The position numbers and the translations under genes were made by a program. From positions 1 through 26,233 of IMG/VR virus record IMGVR_UViG_3300049172_000034: 26,233 nt of DNA; one strand, 5' to 3'. The stretch comes from a virus (lineage: Duplodnaviria; Caudoviricetes). Each line of letters begins with the position of its first letter. Position 1 is the stretch's first letter. This document shows, piece by piece, positions 9,306 through 17,664 of this stretch. The notes under the pieces were generated by a model. It searched no databases and had not been told where the DNA came from. It saw only the letters and a list, made by a program, of their open reading frames with translations.

Positions 9306-11410
9306 CAGGCAGTCTCCACACCCGCGAGCGCCCGCCGACCGTCGAACCGGGCCGCAGCCTGCACGGGCCCTGAGACGGAACGCTCGATCCAAGGCATGAC
9401 GCCCTCGCCGACGCGGCGGCCGTCCATGTTCAGGATGATGGGCACCATTTGGGGCGTTTCGCGGAATGGCGGGACGAAGTTCTGTTGGCGTATCGCATCT
9501 GGATCCTGAACCGGCGGGAAACCTCCGAGATTGCCTCGGTTCATCTCATTCAAGCGACGCTGCGCCTGTGCATCAGGCTGAGTGAGCAGCCCCTGCCCGG
9601 AGCCGCTCAGGCCTTCCAGAATTCGACCCGGAATGCCCTTCACCCATTCGACTATCGCCGTGACGATCTCGGCTGCTTTTGTGCGGAAGGCCTCGATCGC
9701 AGCGCCGAGGGCTGGGCTCCACTCGGTGATGATGGCCACCACCTGATCAGACTTCTCTTTCAGCCATCCCCAAGCCTCCCCCATCCGCTCCGTTACCCAG
9801 CGCCAAGGCGCGAGCCAGTCGATCGCTGCGAGGCCATCCCGAACCCAGCGGAAGGGGCCAGCAATCATCGTTTCGAAGAGGGTGGCTCCCCACGTGGCAA
9901 AGAACCGTCCGACGGCGGACCAATCCTCGCGGGTGATCGTGGTGAGCATCGCCACGAGCGCGCCGACGGCTGCCCCGGCGGCAAGAACTCCGGCCACCAG
10001 CCCTCCCCCTCCGAGCGCTGCCAGCGCGGCCGCACCAATCATGACGGTCCCGAGGGCCACCAAAGCGGCGCCGATGCCGGCAGCAATGAATCCAAGAGTG
10101 CGTACAAGCGTCGGGTTCCGACCCGCGGCCTGAGCCATGCTGTTCAGTGCCGAGGCCAAGGCGTTCATCATTTTGACGGCGGCAGGAACAAGCGGCGAGC
10201 CAAGGGCAGCCATCAGATTGTCCCAGCCAGCACCCACAGCCTGCCGAGCGGCCACAGGGCTCTGCGCTAGAAGATCAGCAGCTGCGCTCGCAGGAACGGC
10301 CGCCTGATTTGCACGCTCACGATCGATCTGCTCCCGCGAGAGCATGATCTGAGTCCAGAAGCGTTGGCCAGTCGCGGTGCTGAAGGCCTTCAGAATGAAG
10401 TCCAGACGCTGCTGCTCTGTCCGGGCGCCAGCCCTGGTCATGGCTGGCATCAGGAACTGATCGAACCAGGCAGTGGGGTCGCGCATCAGGATTTCGCGGC
10501 CACGCACTCCGCCTCGGCTCAGCAGCACTTCGCCAGCGGGGGCCACCTCGAAGCTGCCGTCAGCCTTTCGGCGCCTCTGCCCGGTCCGAGACCCCCCTTC
10601 CAGAAGTCCTGCGGACTCAAGAAAGCGCGCCTGCCTCTGCGGCATCACGCCTGCCACGAGCTGTCTATAGGCGGCGGTCAAGGCGGTGCCTGCCCGATGG
10701 CCGCCCATGCTTTCAATCAGGGTAGACATGTCGCCGTAGAGGGCCTGCGGCGTCAGCATGGTGCCGGCCGGGCCGGCCTGCTGCATGAAGTTCAGCAGTT
10801 GTGCTGGGGAAACGCGCCCCCGGTTTGTGATGACGGCGCGCGAGAAGGCGTCCATCTCACCGCCGAAGCGCTGCTGGTCCAGTTGCCCATTGTTGAACCG
10901 GATGGCGCCGCGGAGGTCCAGCATGCGGGCAGCAAGCCCCGCCGCGCCCTCGTCGTTCTGCCCCGTGACAACGCCCAGGACACGGGAAAATTGCTGGAAC
11001 CGCCCCAGAACTTGGCCGGCCTCAGGCAGGCTGCCAAGCAGGCCCCGCAGCTCGCCCAAAGCCCGAAGGTTGCCAGAGGCCGTCGTGCCCATGACCTGGG
11101 CAGCCGTAGCCCAAGCCTGCCCAGTAGCCTCCGCGATCCCCCGATTGGTCTCGCCGGCAGCCCGCAGAAGGGCCTGCTGATGGACCATCTCTTCGCCGCC
11201 GCGGACCAGGGCGTTGACCCCCGCCAGCATCGCGCCACCAACAGTTACCGCCCCCAGGCCGATCAGTGCAGTCCGAAGTGTCCCCAGCTTCGCTGTCGTA
11301 GCGTCGATGTGACGCTGGAACCCCAGCATCTCGCGCGCGACGACCCCCAGAACCTGGGAGACGCCGTTGGTCATCGCGATGTGGACGCCGATGCGGTAGG
11401 CTTCGACCAA
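9305..11410 (-). CDS. Tail tape measure protein (~701 aa)
   Basis: Long Ala/Gly-rich helical protein with hydrophobic segments, periodic Trp residues and a C-terminal ILNMDGRRVG. Likely start TTG 11410 after GGAGGGG; the ORF track uses GTG 11440. Confidence 0.85.
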   Translation of the reverse strand: MVEAYRIGVHIAMTNGVSQVLGVVAREMLGFQRHIDATTAKLGTLRTALIGLGAVTVGGAMLAGVNALVRGGEEMVHQQALLRAAGETNRGIAEATGQAWATAAQVMGTTASGNLRALGELRGLLGSLPEAGQVLGRFQQFSRVLGVVTGQNDEGAAGLAARMLDLRGAIRFNNGQLDQQRFGGEMDAFSRAVITNRGRVSPAQLLNFMQQAGPAGTMLTPQALYGDMSTLIESMGGHRAGTALTAAYRQLVAGVMPQRQARFLESAGLLEGGSRTGQRRRKADGSFEVAPAGEVLLSRGGVRGREILMRDPTAWFDQFLMPAMTRAGARTEQQRLDFILKAFSTATGQRFWTQIMLSREQIDRERANQAAVPASAAADLLAQSPVAARQAVGAGWDNLMAALGSPLVPAAVKMMNALASALNSMAQAAGRNPTLVRTLGFIAAGIGAALVALGTVMIGAAALAALGGGGLVAGVLAAGAAVGALVAMLTTITREDWSAVGRFFATWGATLFETMIAGPFRWVRDGLAAIDWLAPWRWVTERMGEAWGWLKEKSDQVVAIITEWSPALGAAIEAFRTKAAEIVTAIVEWVKGIPGRILEGLSGSGQGLLTQPDAQAQRRLNEMNRGNLGGFPPVQDPDAIRQQNFVPPFRETPQMVPIILNMDGRRVGEGVMPWIERSVSGPVQAAARFDGRRALAGVETA

Positions 11411-11446
11411 AGGTACCCCTCCCCTACCGGCTATTCTCACTGGACG

Positions 11447-11467
11447 CGAACCTGTTACGTTCGTGGC
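11447..11467 (+). promoter_or_regulatory. Putative extended -10 promoter for a leaderless moron transcript, overlapped by an inverted repeat
   Basis: TG-T-TACGTT (11453-11461) ends 6 nt before ATG 11468, with no SD. CGAAC-N7-GTTCG palindrome at 11447-11463. Confidence 0.4.
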
Positions 11468-12061
11468 ATGCGGTTCCGAATCCCGATTTTCGTAGCTCTG
11501 GCTGCAGCCCAGCTTACAGCGGCGTCAGCTCAGACGTCCCGAGACAAGCCGAGGCCGCCACAGCAAGAGCGCGTCGCAGCCGCCCCAACCTTCTCGGCAG
11601 ATGCGCAAGCGCGCTTCGCTATTACGGCTATCGATCTCGGCACCAGGATTGAAGGTTCGACACCCGTTGTTTCTGCAACTCTTCGACTTGCTGATTTTCA
11701 GCAGATTCTACCAGAATTGCAGCGGGGCGGACTCATCAATCCAGAATTAACGCAGGTCCAAAAGAACCGAATGAGGTTTAGTATTGCGTCCACGTTCTTA
11801 ACCGGGTCGATGGCGCTCGCCATAAAGGAAATCTACCAGGACAACCCGGGGCTCAACACAGCGAGATTTGAGGGCGTTATTGAATTTGATGACGCTTACG
11901 GTAACTCTACCAAAGAGACAATTTACACTTTTGAATTCACCAGGGATCTGTATTCTCGCATCAACTGGGCGCGGTTCGACTACACCAACCTCTCAACTGT
12001 CTCACGCAGTTTCCGCATGACGCCATTCTATAGGCAAAAGCTAAACGAAGAGCTCGGATAA
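11468..12061 (+). CDS. Moron: putative exported protein of unknown function (197 aa)
   Basis: MRFRIPIFVALAAAQLTAASA/Q resembles a Sec signal peptide. Lower GC (hand count 21/60 at 11881-11940). Opposite strand to the operon. It is the 3' part of track ORF 10364..12061. Confidence 0.8.
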   Translation: MRFRIPIFVALAAAQLTAASAQTSRDKPRPPQQERVAAAPTFSADAQARFAITAIDLGTRIEGSTPVVSATLRLADFQQILPELQRGGLINPELTQVQKNRMRFSIASTFLTGSMALAIKEIYQDNPGLNTARFEGVIEFDDAYGNSTKETIYTFEFTRDLYSRINWARFDYTNLSTVSRSFRMTPFYRQKLNEELG

Positions 12062-12288
12062 TGGGGCCCTACCGCACCGGTCGCCCGTTGAACCCTGCCC
12101 TGGATTTCGAAGACGATGGCGCATCCTTCCGAGTGCGCCAGGAGCGCAGGCATCGGAGGGGGCGCCTAAGCCGTTGGTTCCGAGAGACGCCGCTGCCCCG
12201 GCTCTTCTTCTGGATCTGCCTGGCCGCGCCGTTGGCCTTCGCGGGGATTGTAATAGGGGCGGCCTTGGTGACCGTTCTGGTCGGCTAG
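12061..12288 (+). CDS. Moron: small putative membrane protein (75 aa)
   Basis: TAATG overlap with the upstream gene. Basic stretch (RQERRHRRGR) followed by a long C-terminal hydrophobic segment. It fills the gap exactly. Confidence 0.55.
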   Translation: MGPYRTGRPLNPALDFEDDGASFRVRQERRHRRGRLSRWFRETPLPRLFFWICLAAPLAFAGIVIGAALVTVLVG

Positions 12289-12770
12289 TCAGTCGGGCCA
12301 GGGATACCAATTTCGGAGCCGCCCTCTCCGCGGAGAGCAGCGACCACTCGCCCACCCAGGATCCGAGCCACTTCATCCGACTTCCGGACTGCGGCGCCGC
12401 CAAGAAAGGACCGTGGCGGGATCGTCTGGGTTCCCATCTCTTGGTACAGGGCGATGTCTAGGTCGCTTCCGACGACTGCCTCCTTATCTCCGACGCGCCG
12501 CCCGATGCTCTCTCGAAGCTTACCCGTGCGCAGCAGGGGGTCGTTGGCTGTAAATCCCTGGGCCACTCGATCCTTCTGGGTGGCCTCAGCCAGATGGGGC
12601 CATGCCCCGAAGGGCGGCGCAGCGCTCTGATAGTTGCCGATCTCGCGCTTAGCCTCAGCCTCGACAACCCTTGCGGCCTCATCGAGGGCAGAGCGTTGCC
12701 GGCGCTCGATCTCCACTGCCAGCCCGCCCAAGAAGCCGGCAAAGGCTAGAGGGGAAGTGAAGTTCCGCAT
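12285..12770 (-). CDS. HK97 gp10-like/virion morphogenesis (tail completion) protein, 161 aa
   Basis: W..LAEAT...PLLRTG.LR.SI...VGS....A.YQE.GT..IPPRSFLG motifs. Start ATG 12770 after GGAAGGA, overlapping the stop of the -1-frame ORF. Confidence 0.8.
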   Translation of the reverse strand: MRNFTSPLAFAGFLGGLAVEIERRQRSALDEAARVVEAEAKREIGNYQSAAPPFGAWPHLAEATQKDRVAQGFTANDPLLRTGKLRESIGRRVGDKEAVVGSDLDIALYQEMGTQTIPPRSFLGGAAVRKSDEVARILGGRVVAALRGEGGSEIGIPGPTD

Positions 12771-12949
12771 CACTTGCGTTCCTTCCATCGCATAGCCTGC
12801 CAGTCGTACTCGCTGCCCTCAAAGCCGGCGAAGATCACGGCATGGGCGAAGCGCTCTTCGTCGGGCATCAGCATCGCCCGCTCATAAGGGACCCCGTTCT
12901 TCACCAGCCACAGGCACTCCTGCAGCTCGGGGTCCTGCGCTAGTTTTTT
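12770..12949 (-). CDS. Frameshift extension of tail assembly chaperone (gpT-like; 57 aa after the slip site: LAQDPELQECLWLVKNGVPYERAMLM...EYDWQAMRWKERK)
   Basis: Open -1 frame reached through A_AAA_AAC at 12949-12943. It ends in TGA at 12772-12770, overlapping the next ATG. Not in the ORF track. Confidence 0.75.
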   Translation of the reverse strand, partial: KKLAQDPELQECLWLVKNGVPYERAMLMPDEERFAHAVIFAGFEGSEYDWQAMRWKERK

Positions 12950-13377
12950 GCCGCGGCCCGGCTTTCAGCAGCCTTGCGGGCGGTGGCAATCTGGACGGCT
13001 TTGCCAGCATCTCCTTCAGCGGCCTCCATGTCGGCCTCGGTGACGCCCATCATTTCCATCTGGGCTCGGCCGAGTGCATCGAAGCCATCTTCGCCGAGCC
13101 GCTGCACCAGCATTTCCATCTGGGGCTCAGTCGCCGGCGGAGCAGATGGCTCACCGTCGATCTCAGCCACCGAATAGGCCAGCATGGCATATCCGAGATA
13201 CTGCGGGTTCTGCGAGTTGACTGGGCCGATCACCTTGAAGAGGCGCATGCGCTCCAGCGGGCCGATCTTCCGAACACCTAGACGGCGGCCCTGGGCGTCA
13301 TCCACATAGTGCAGGCCAGGTTTGGCGGGCGGCTTCCCGGACGCCAAGGCTGAACCATCGTGAATTTCGACCTGCAT
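12940..13377 (-). CDS. Tail assembly chaperone (gpG-like)
   Basis: 145 aa directly after the tube gene with a TGATG overlap. Ends GCA AAA AAC TAG, a slippery heptamer. Confidence 0.8.
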   Translation of the reverse strand: MQVEIHDGSALASGKPPAKPGLHYVDDAQGRRLGVRKIGPLERMRLFKVIGPVNSQNPQYLGYAMLAYSVAEIDGEPSAPPATEPQMEMLVQRLGEDGFDALGRAQMEMMGVTEADMEAAEGDAGKAVQIATARKAAESRAAAKN

Positions 13378-13817
13378 CAGGCGACCCTCGTCCGAGTGCC
13401 GCGCGCCGTGATGCGCCCGGTCACCTTGTCCTCGCGGTTGTAGGTGCCAGTCTCGTCCTGCTTCATCTCGACACCGGAGAAGCGGTACTGGCTCTGGCTG
13501 CCGTCGCGCTCCGTGATGGTCTGGGTGATCGTCACGGTCTGCTGGGGAAGGCCGCTCCGGTACCGGGCTTCGCGTTCGGCGAAGTAGCGGTCCGTCTTGC
13601 CGTCCATTCGGTCGTATCCCGCGGTGATCTCCCAGCCGCGGTAGATGGTGGCAAAGGCGTCCTTACCCTCCAAACCGTGATGCTCGAGATCCTGCGTCAT
13701 CGGCCGGGCATTGAAGTCCGTGATGCCGGTGATGGAGGTGAACGAGCCGTCCTGCGGGTCGTAGATGTCGATGGACACGTCCGTACCGACGGTGAAGGCC
13801 TCGGGGAAGCTGCTCAT
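13377..13817 (-). CDS. Tail tube protein
   Basis: 146-aa beta-rich protein immediately after the sheath gene. Includes TITQTITE.DGS.SQYRF. Confidence 0.75.
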   Translation of the reverse strand: MSSFPEAFTVGTDVSIDIYDPQDGSFTSITGITDFNARPMTQDLEHHGLEGKDAFATIYRGWEITAGYDRMDGKTDRYFAEREARYRSGLPQQTVTITQTITERDGSQSQYRFSGVEMKQDETGTYNREDKVTGRITARGTRTRVA

Positions 13818-13829
13818 CTCTCGCGCTCC

Positions 13830-15362
13830 TTAGGCCGCGGCCGGCGAGCGCTGGATCGTCACCGCCTGCCCGCCTTCGAGGTTGACGATGAAGAACTCGG
13901 TGATTGCCAGGTAGCGCACCTTCACGCTCGCGGTGCGGTAGCCCAGAGCCCGACGGTTCGGGGGGTTGTTGCTGGCGCGGCAGAGCACGCTGAAGTCCTC
14001 GATCATCTGCGAGGTCGGCTCCGTGGGGTCACCCTTCAGGGTCTCCATGAAGGCCCCCAGGGTGGTTTCCGTCCGGCGCAGAGAGGCGTCGCTGGTCACC
14101 TCCCCGACGAAGCGCCCCATGCCGGCATCAAGGGTTGCCGCGATGAAGTTGGTCATCCGCGTAGCGTTGTCGCCATGCTCGGAGGCGGAGGACGAAGCAT
14201 TGCGGCCCATACGGATGCCGAAGTAGGCGCCACCCGGAACGGGGTTGGTGATCAGGTCGATCCCGGCCAGAGCCAAGATCTGCAGCTCGGCCTCGGAGTA
14301 AGGCGCGCCGCTGAGGCTGCGCTGCGTGCCCACCACCCCGTAGACCTCCTTGTTCAGGCCAGAGAGGTGCGGCGCCAGGTTGCCCAGCCGGCCCGCGAAG
14401 ACGGCCTGCGGGCTGACCATGCGGGTGATGCCGGTAACCGGGTCGTTCCAGTAGATCCAGTCGCCCAGGATCACCTTCACGAACTTGCTGTCGATGCCGG
14501 CGGTGCTCTTGGCTGTGGCCGCAGCTGCGGCAGTCTGCCCCGCCGGTCCCACCAGCATCATGTACGCACCCTCGGCCAGCCCGAAAGAAGCCTGGACGGT
14601 CCAGGTCGTGGCGTCCGTCACGTCCGCCAGCATGACGATGGAGCAGCCGGACTTGCGGAAGGCGTACATGCCCTTCCGCGGCACTGTGTCGACGCCGATC
14701 ATCGCCGCGGCATTGACGCCGCTCGCACCGTCCGTGCCGCCTGTCAGCGTCGTGGTGCCTGCGGTCGGGGCTGTCGTGGAGTTCCCTGCGGTCGCCACCA
14801 CCAGATCGGAGGCACTCCGCTGGCCTGGAATACCATTGTTCAGTGCCGCGGCGAGCGCGACCCAGAGGGCATTGCCGGTGCCGGTGATGTTGTCGAACAC
14901 CTCCGGCGGGCGCCCCGAGCCGGCCTGCCCGACCGTCAGACGCCAGGAGTTCGCGGCGCTTCCGGCGGAGAGAACCACCGAGATGTTGTTGCCGAACGTG
15001 CCCGTCCACTTGGCCGTCACGGTCAGGCCGGTGGTCCCGATCGTCGCAGTGGCAGCGGCCTCGGTGCCGTCCGACACCCGCACGCCCGCGATGTTCTGAG
15101 CGCCCTGAAGCACTGCAAGAGCCACGGCCGTGCCGAGGTCATGGGTGCGCGCGGCCAGAGGGCCGAACTCCCGCACATGGTCCCCGTAAGTGGAGAGCGG
15201 CACCGGTACGCCCACCGGGCCCCAGCTCGCCACGCCAGCGATGCCGATCTTACTGGTCGGCACGCCGTTCAGCAGCAGCAGAGAGGGCGGAATGAGGTTG
15301 ATGTAGAGGTTCGGGACCGCCAGAGCGGCGAGGTTCAGCGAACCGTCCTGATAGATCGGCAT
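13830..15362 (-). CDS. Contractile tail sheath protein
   Basis: 510 aa. VPNLYI, G.ASWGPV, LTGGTDG motifs and C-terminal NNP..RALGY....V.VRYLAI.EFFIVNLEGGQ. SD GAGGA. Confidence 0.88.
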   Translation of the reverse strand: MPIYQDGSLNLAALAVPNLYINLIPPSLLLLNGVPTSKIGIAGVASWGPVGVPVPLSTYGDHVREFGPLAARTHDLGTAVALAVLQGAQNIAGVRVSDGTEAAATATIGTTGLTVTAKWTGTFGNNISVVLSAGSAANSWRLTVGQAGSGRPPEVFDNITGTGNALWVALAAALNNGIPGQRSASDLVVATAGNSTTAPTAGTTTLTGGTDGASGVNAAAMIGVDTVPRKGMYAFRKSGCSIVMLADVTDATTWTVQASFGLAEGAYMMLVGPAGQTAAAAATAKSTAGIDSKFVKVILGDWIYWNDPVTGITRMVSPQAVFAGRLGNLAPHLSGLNKEVYGVVGTQRSLSGAPYSEAELQILALAGIDLITNPVPGGAYFGIRMGRNASSSASEHGDNATRMTNFIAATLDAGMGRFVGEVTSDASLRRTETTLGAFMETLKGDPTEPTSQMIEDFSVLCRASNNPPNRRALGYRTASVKVRYLAITEFFIVNLEGGQAVTIQRSPAAA

Positions 15363-15374
15363 GGGCTGGGGTCC

Positions 15375-15560
15375 TCAGGCCTTGGGGTGTAGGAGCAGGA
15401 CGAAGTCGGCGTGCGCCCCGCCCCGGATCTCGCGCAGCACGGCGCGGTCGGTGATGGCCTCGCCTTTGGCGAAGGCCGTACCACCCTCGCTGGTGAAGGG
15501 TTCCCGCACGATGGCCAGCGCCTTCGGCGGCTCCGGCGCGGCCGGGGCGTCTTTGCTCAT
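15375..15560 (-). CDS. Small phage protein preceding the sheath gene (61 aa)
   Basis: Fills the gap, SD GAGGA. The V..PF.....G..ITD pattern is common at this position. Confidence 0.65.
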   Translation of the reverse strand: MSKDAPAAPEPPKALAIVREPFTSEGGTAFAKGEAITDRAVLREIRGGAHADFVLLLHPKA

Positions 15561-15574
15561 GTCGGTTCCTCGGG

Positions 15575-16408
15575 TCAGGACAGGATGACGGCGCTTGCCG
15601 GCGCATCGGGCGGGTCCATCGGACCCAGGAAGGTCTCGACCACGACTGTGGTAGGCGCCTCGCGCCGCGCTGTGGTCGGATAGTCCAGCGTCACCATGAG
15701 GTCCCGGCGGTGCAGCAGGGCCTGGCGGGCGTCGTCGTTGTAGGTCGTGCCAGCGTAGAGTAGGCGGGCCTTCTCACCGGTGGACAGGGTCATCCAGCCA
15801 GCTTCGGTCATCCAAAGGTCCAGCACGCTCGCGACGGCATCGCGCAGGGCTGGCGTCGGGCACCAGCAGGTCACCTGCACCGATTGCTGCTGTCGGCGGA
15901 GCTCAATCCGCTCAGCGCCGAGAGGGACGACCCGGGCCTTCAGATAGACCGCCCCGGGGAGCGTCAGGGTCGCGCCGGCCACGGTCACGGACCGGTCTGC
16001 AGCGATCAAAGCGGCAAGAGCGGCTGCGGTCGCTTCAGGAGTGCCGGCCGCCGAAGCTATCCAGGCTCGGTCGTCTTCCAGCACCGCCGCCATCTGCCCG
16101 GGCATGCCGGAGCCGGCGAAGGTCACAGTCGTCTGGGTCGCCACCGCGGTCATCGTCGGCTCGACAGGGCACTCGGCCCGCCAGCCATCCAGCTTCCGCC
16201 CTTCAATGCGCCCCATGCCAGGCCGCGGGAACACGCTCACCTGCACCCTGCCGGCGGCGAGGTCAGCATCAAGCGAGGCGGGGTCCGGCCAGCCCGGAAA
16301 CACCACGCAGGGCGCAGTGACCGCGGAAGGCTGGGCGATGCCGTTGGGGTACAGCGCCCCGGCCAGCCCTTGGCAAAGGGCCGTCAGGACGTCGGAAAGG
16401 TCGGCCAT
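15575..16408 (-). CDS. Putative tail terminator/neck protein
   Basis: 277 aa, MADLSDV...LYP.G...GWP....LD.DL, RRQ.Q...VTCWCPTP..RD. Position before the sheath gene. Confidence 0.65.
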   Translation of the reverse strand: MADLSDVLTALCQGLAGALYPNGIAQPSAVTAPCVVFPGWPDPASLDADLAAGRVQVSVFPRPGMGRIEGRKLDGWRAECPVEPTMTAVATQTTVTFAGSGMPGQMAAVLEDDRAWIASAAGTPEATAAALAALIAADRSVTVAGATLTLPGAVYLKARVVPLGAERIELRRQQQSVQVTCWCPTPALRDAVASVLDLWMTEAGWMTLSTGEKARLLYAGTTYNDDARQALLHRRDLMVTLDYPTTARREAPTTVVVETFLGPMDPPDAPASAVILS

Positions 16409-16409
16409 A

Positions 16410-17072
16410 TCAGGTCGCCGCCGCCGTTCGCGCCACGATGCGCCAGCCCAAGGCAGTGCTCTCGGCGCGCATCACGGCGTACCGGGTGCCGTCCTTGTCT
16501 CGCAGCACGTCACCGTTCCGGACCTGGGGCAGGCTCGAGCAGCGGGGGAGCAGGATCGTCCAATCACCCACCGGCAGAGCCCCCGGCAGGTCAGCGAACC
16601 CCGCGCCGCCCCGGCCGGCCTGCAGGATGGACGCCGGCCAGGCCTCGAAGTGGTCTTCTTCGGCAGCAGCGGTCGCGCGGTAGCCAACAGCGCCCACGGC
16701 CTCAGGCGGCGCCACCCGGCGCAGCATCAGCGTGGCGTTACAGGCGACACACAGGGTGGCATGGACCAGTCCCGGGGCCGCGACAAAGACCGTCTCGCCG
16801 TTCGGATCACCCGTAGGCACCAGATAATCGCCGTGGAGCACAGCCACCCCGTCTACCAGGGCGTGCCGCACCGCCTCGCCGTGCTTCGGCTGCCCCTGAA
16901 AGGGGAAGGAGGCCGTGCGGTCGAAGGCGACGTTGATCGGGCCCAGGCGGGACAGCAGGGCCAGGGGCCCGAACAGCCGGTGCGGTCGGTAATGGTCGTA
17001 GGGAAGCCCCACCTTCTGTCCAGCGATGCGATAGCCGCGCTGGATCAGCGGGATGAGGTGGGCGCCGTCCAT
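16410..17072 (-). CDS. Putative head closure/neck protein
   Basis: 220 aa in the neck module, translationally coupled to the upstream gene. C-terminal GD...D..G.RY.V..AE....GWR. Confidence 0.6.
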   Translation of the reverse strand: MDGAHLIPLIQRGYRIAGQKVGLPYDHYRPHRLFGPLALLSRLGPINVAFDRTASFPFQGQPKHGEAVRHALVDGVAVLHGDYLVPTGDPNGETVFVAAPGLVHATLCVACNATLMLRRVAPPEAVGAVGYRATAAAEEDHFEAWPASILQAGRGGAGFADLPGALPVGDWTILLPRCSSLPQVRNGDVLRDKDGTRYAVMRAESTALGWRIVARTAAAT

Positions 17073-17449
17073 CAGACGACGAAGATCGCCGGCAGCGCGG
17101 ATTGCCCGGCGTAGCCGAACGGTCCGAGCGGTAGGCCGAATAGGTCCATCAGGTCACGCCGTAGCCCGCCGAGATAGGCGTCAGCCTCTGCAAGGGCGTT
17201 CGGGTTGCGCTCCCAGACAGCGGCCTTCTTGGTGTCCAGGGTCGCCATGGCCGAAGCCTTGGCCTCTTCGGCGGCGCGGAGCCTAGGCAGATAAGTGCCA
17301 CGGATCAGCGCTTCTTCCTCGGCCGAGACGCCAGCCAGGGCGCCCTCAAAAGCAATGGCCTCCACCGTCGCCGGAACGCCAGCCACGCCGAGCGCCGGGT
17401 ATCCGGCGAAACGACGGAGCTCCACGAGCTCGATTGCGGTGAAGGCCAT
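17072..17449 (-). CDS. Putative head-tail adaptor protein
   Basis: 125 aa, MAFT..E...RRF.GYP...LDT..AAVW.RN..LFG.P.GP. Follows the capsid genes. Confidence 0.65.
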   Translation of the reverse strand: MAFTAIELVELRRFAGYPALGVAGVPATVEAIAFEGALAGVSAEEEALIRGTYLPRLRAAEEAKASAMATLDTKKAAVWERNPNALAEADAYLGGLRRDLMDLFGLPLGPFGYAGQSALPAIFVV

Positions 17450-17458
17450 GCGGGCACG

Positions 17459-17653
17459 CTACTTCTTGGGCTCTTCGGACTTGTCGGAGCCGGCGACGAT
17501 CTCGCCCGCGTCGAGCATGGCAGCGTGGGAAGGCAGCTTCGGGTTGAAGCCCTCCACCTCCTTCGTCTCACCCGGCATGATCATGATGGGGACCAGCGGA
17601 TTGTCCTTGGCGAAGAAGCCGCGCGGCCCCGGGGACTTGTTGGTGATCTTCAT
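17459..17653 (-). CDS. Small protein downstream of major capsid (64 aa)
   Basis: ATG 17653 (MKITNKSPGPRG) follows a strong SD, GAGGAG. The track start at 17668 overlaps the MCP stop. Confidence 0.7.
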   Translation of the reverse strand: MKITNKSPGPRGFFAKDNPLVPIMIMPGETKEVEGFNPKLPSHAAMLDAGEIVAGSDKSEEPKK

Positions 17654-17664
17654 GGCGGTTCTCC

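Noticed and set aside
10364-11467. N-terminal 368 aa of the 565-aa plus-strand ORF
   Set aside because: Shadow of the tape measure gene. The credible gene starts at ATG 11468 with a signal peptide and a composition shift.
13677-15392. 571-aa plus-strand ORF (and similar ones at 3384-4190, 7326-8123, 15884-17114, 19732-20514)
   Set aside because: They lie antisense to well-supported structural genes and show no motifs.
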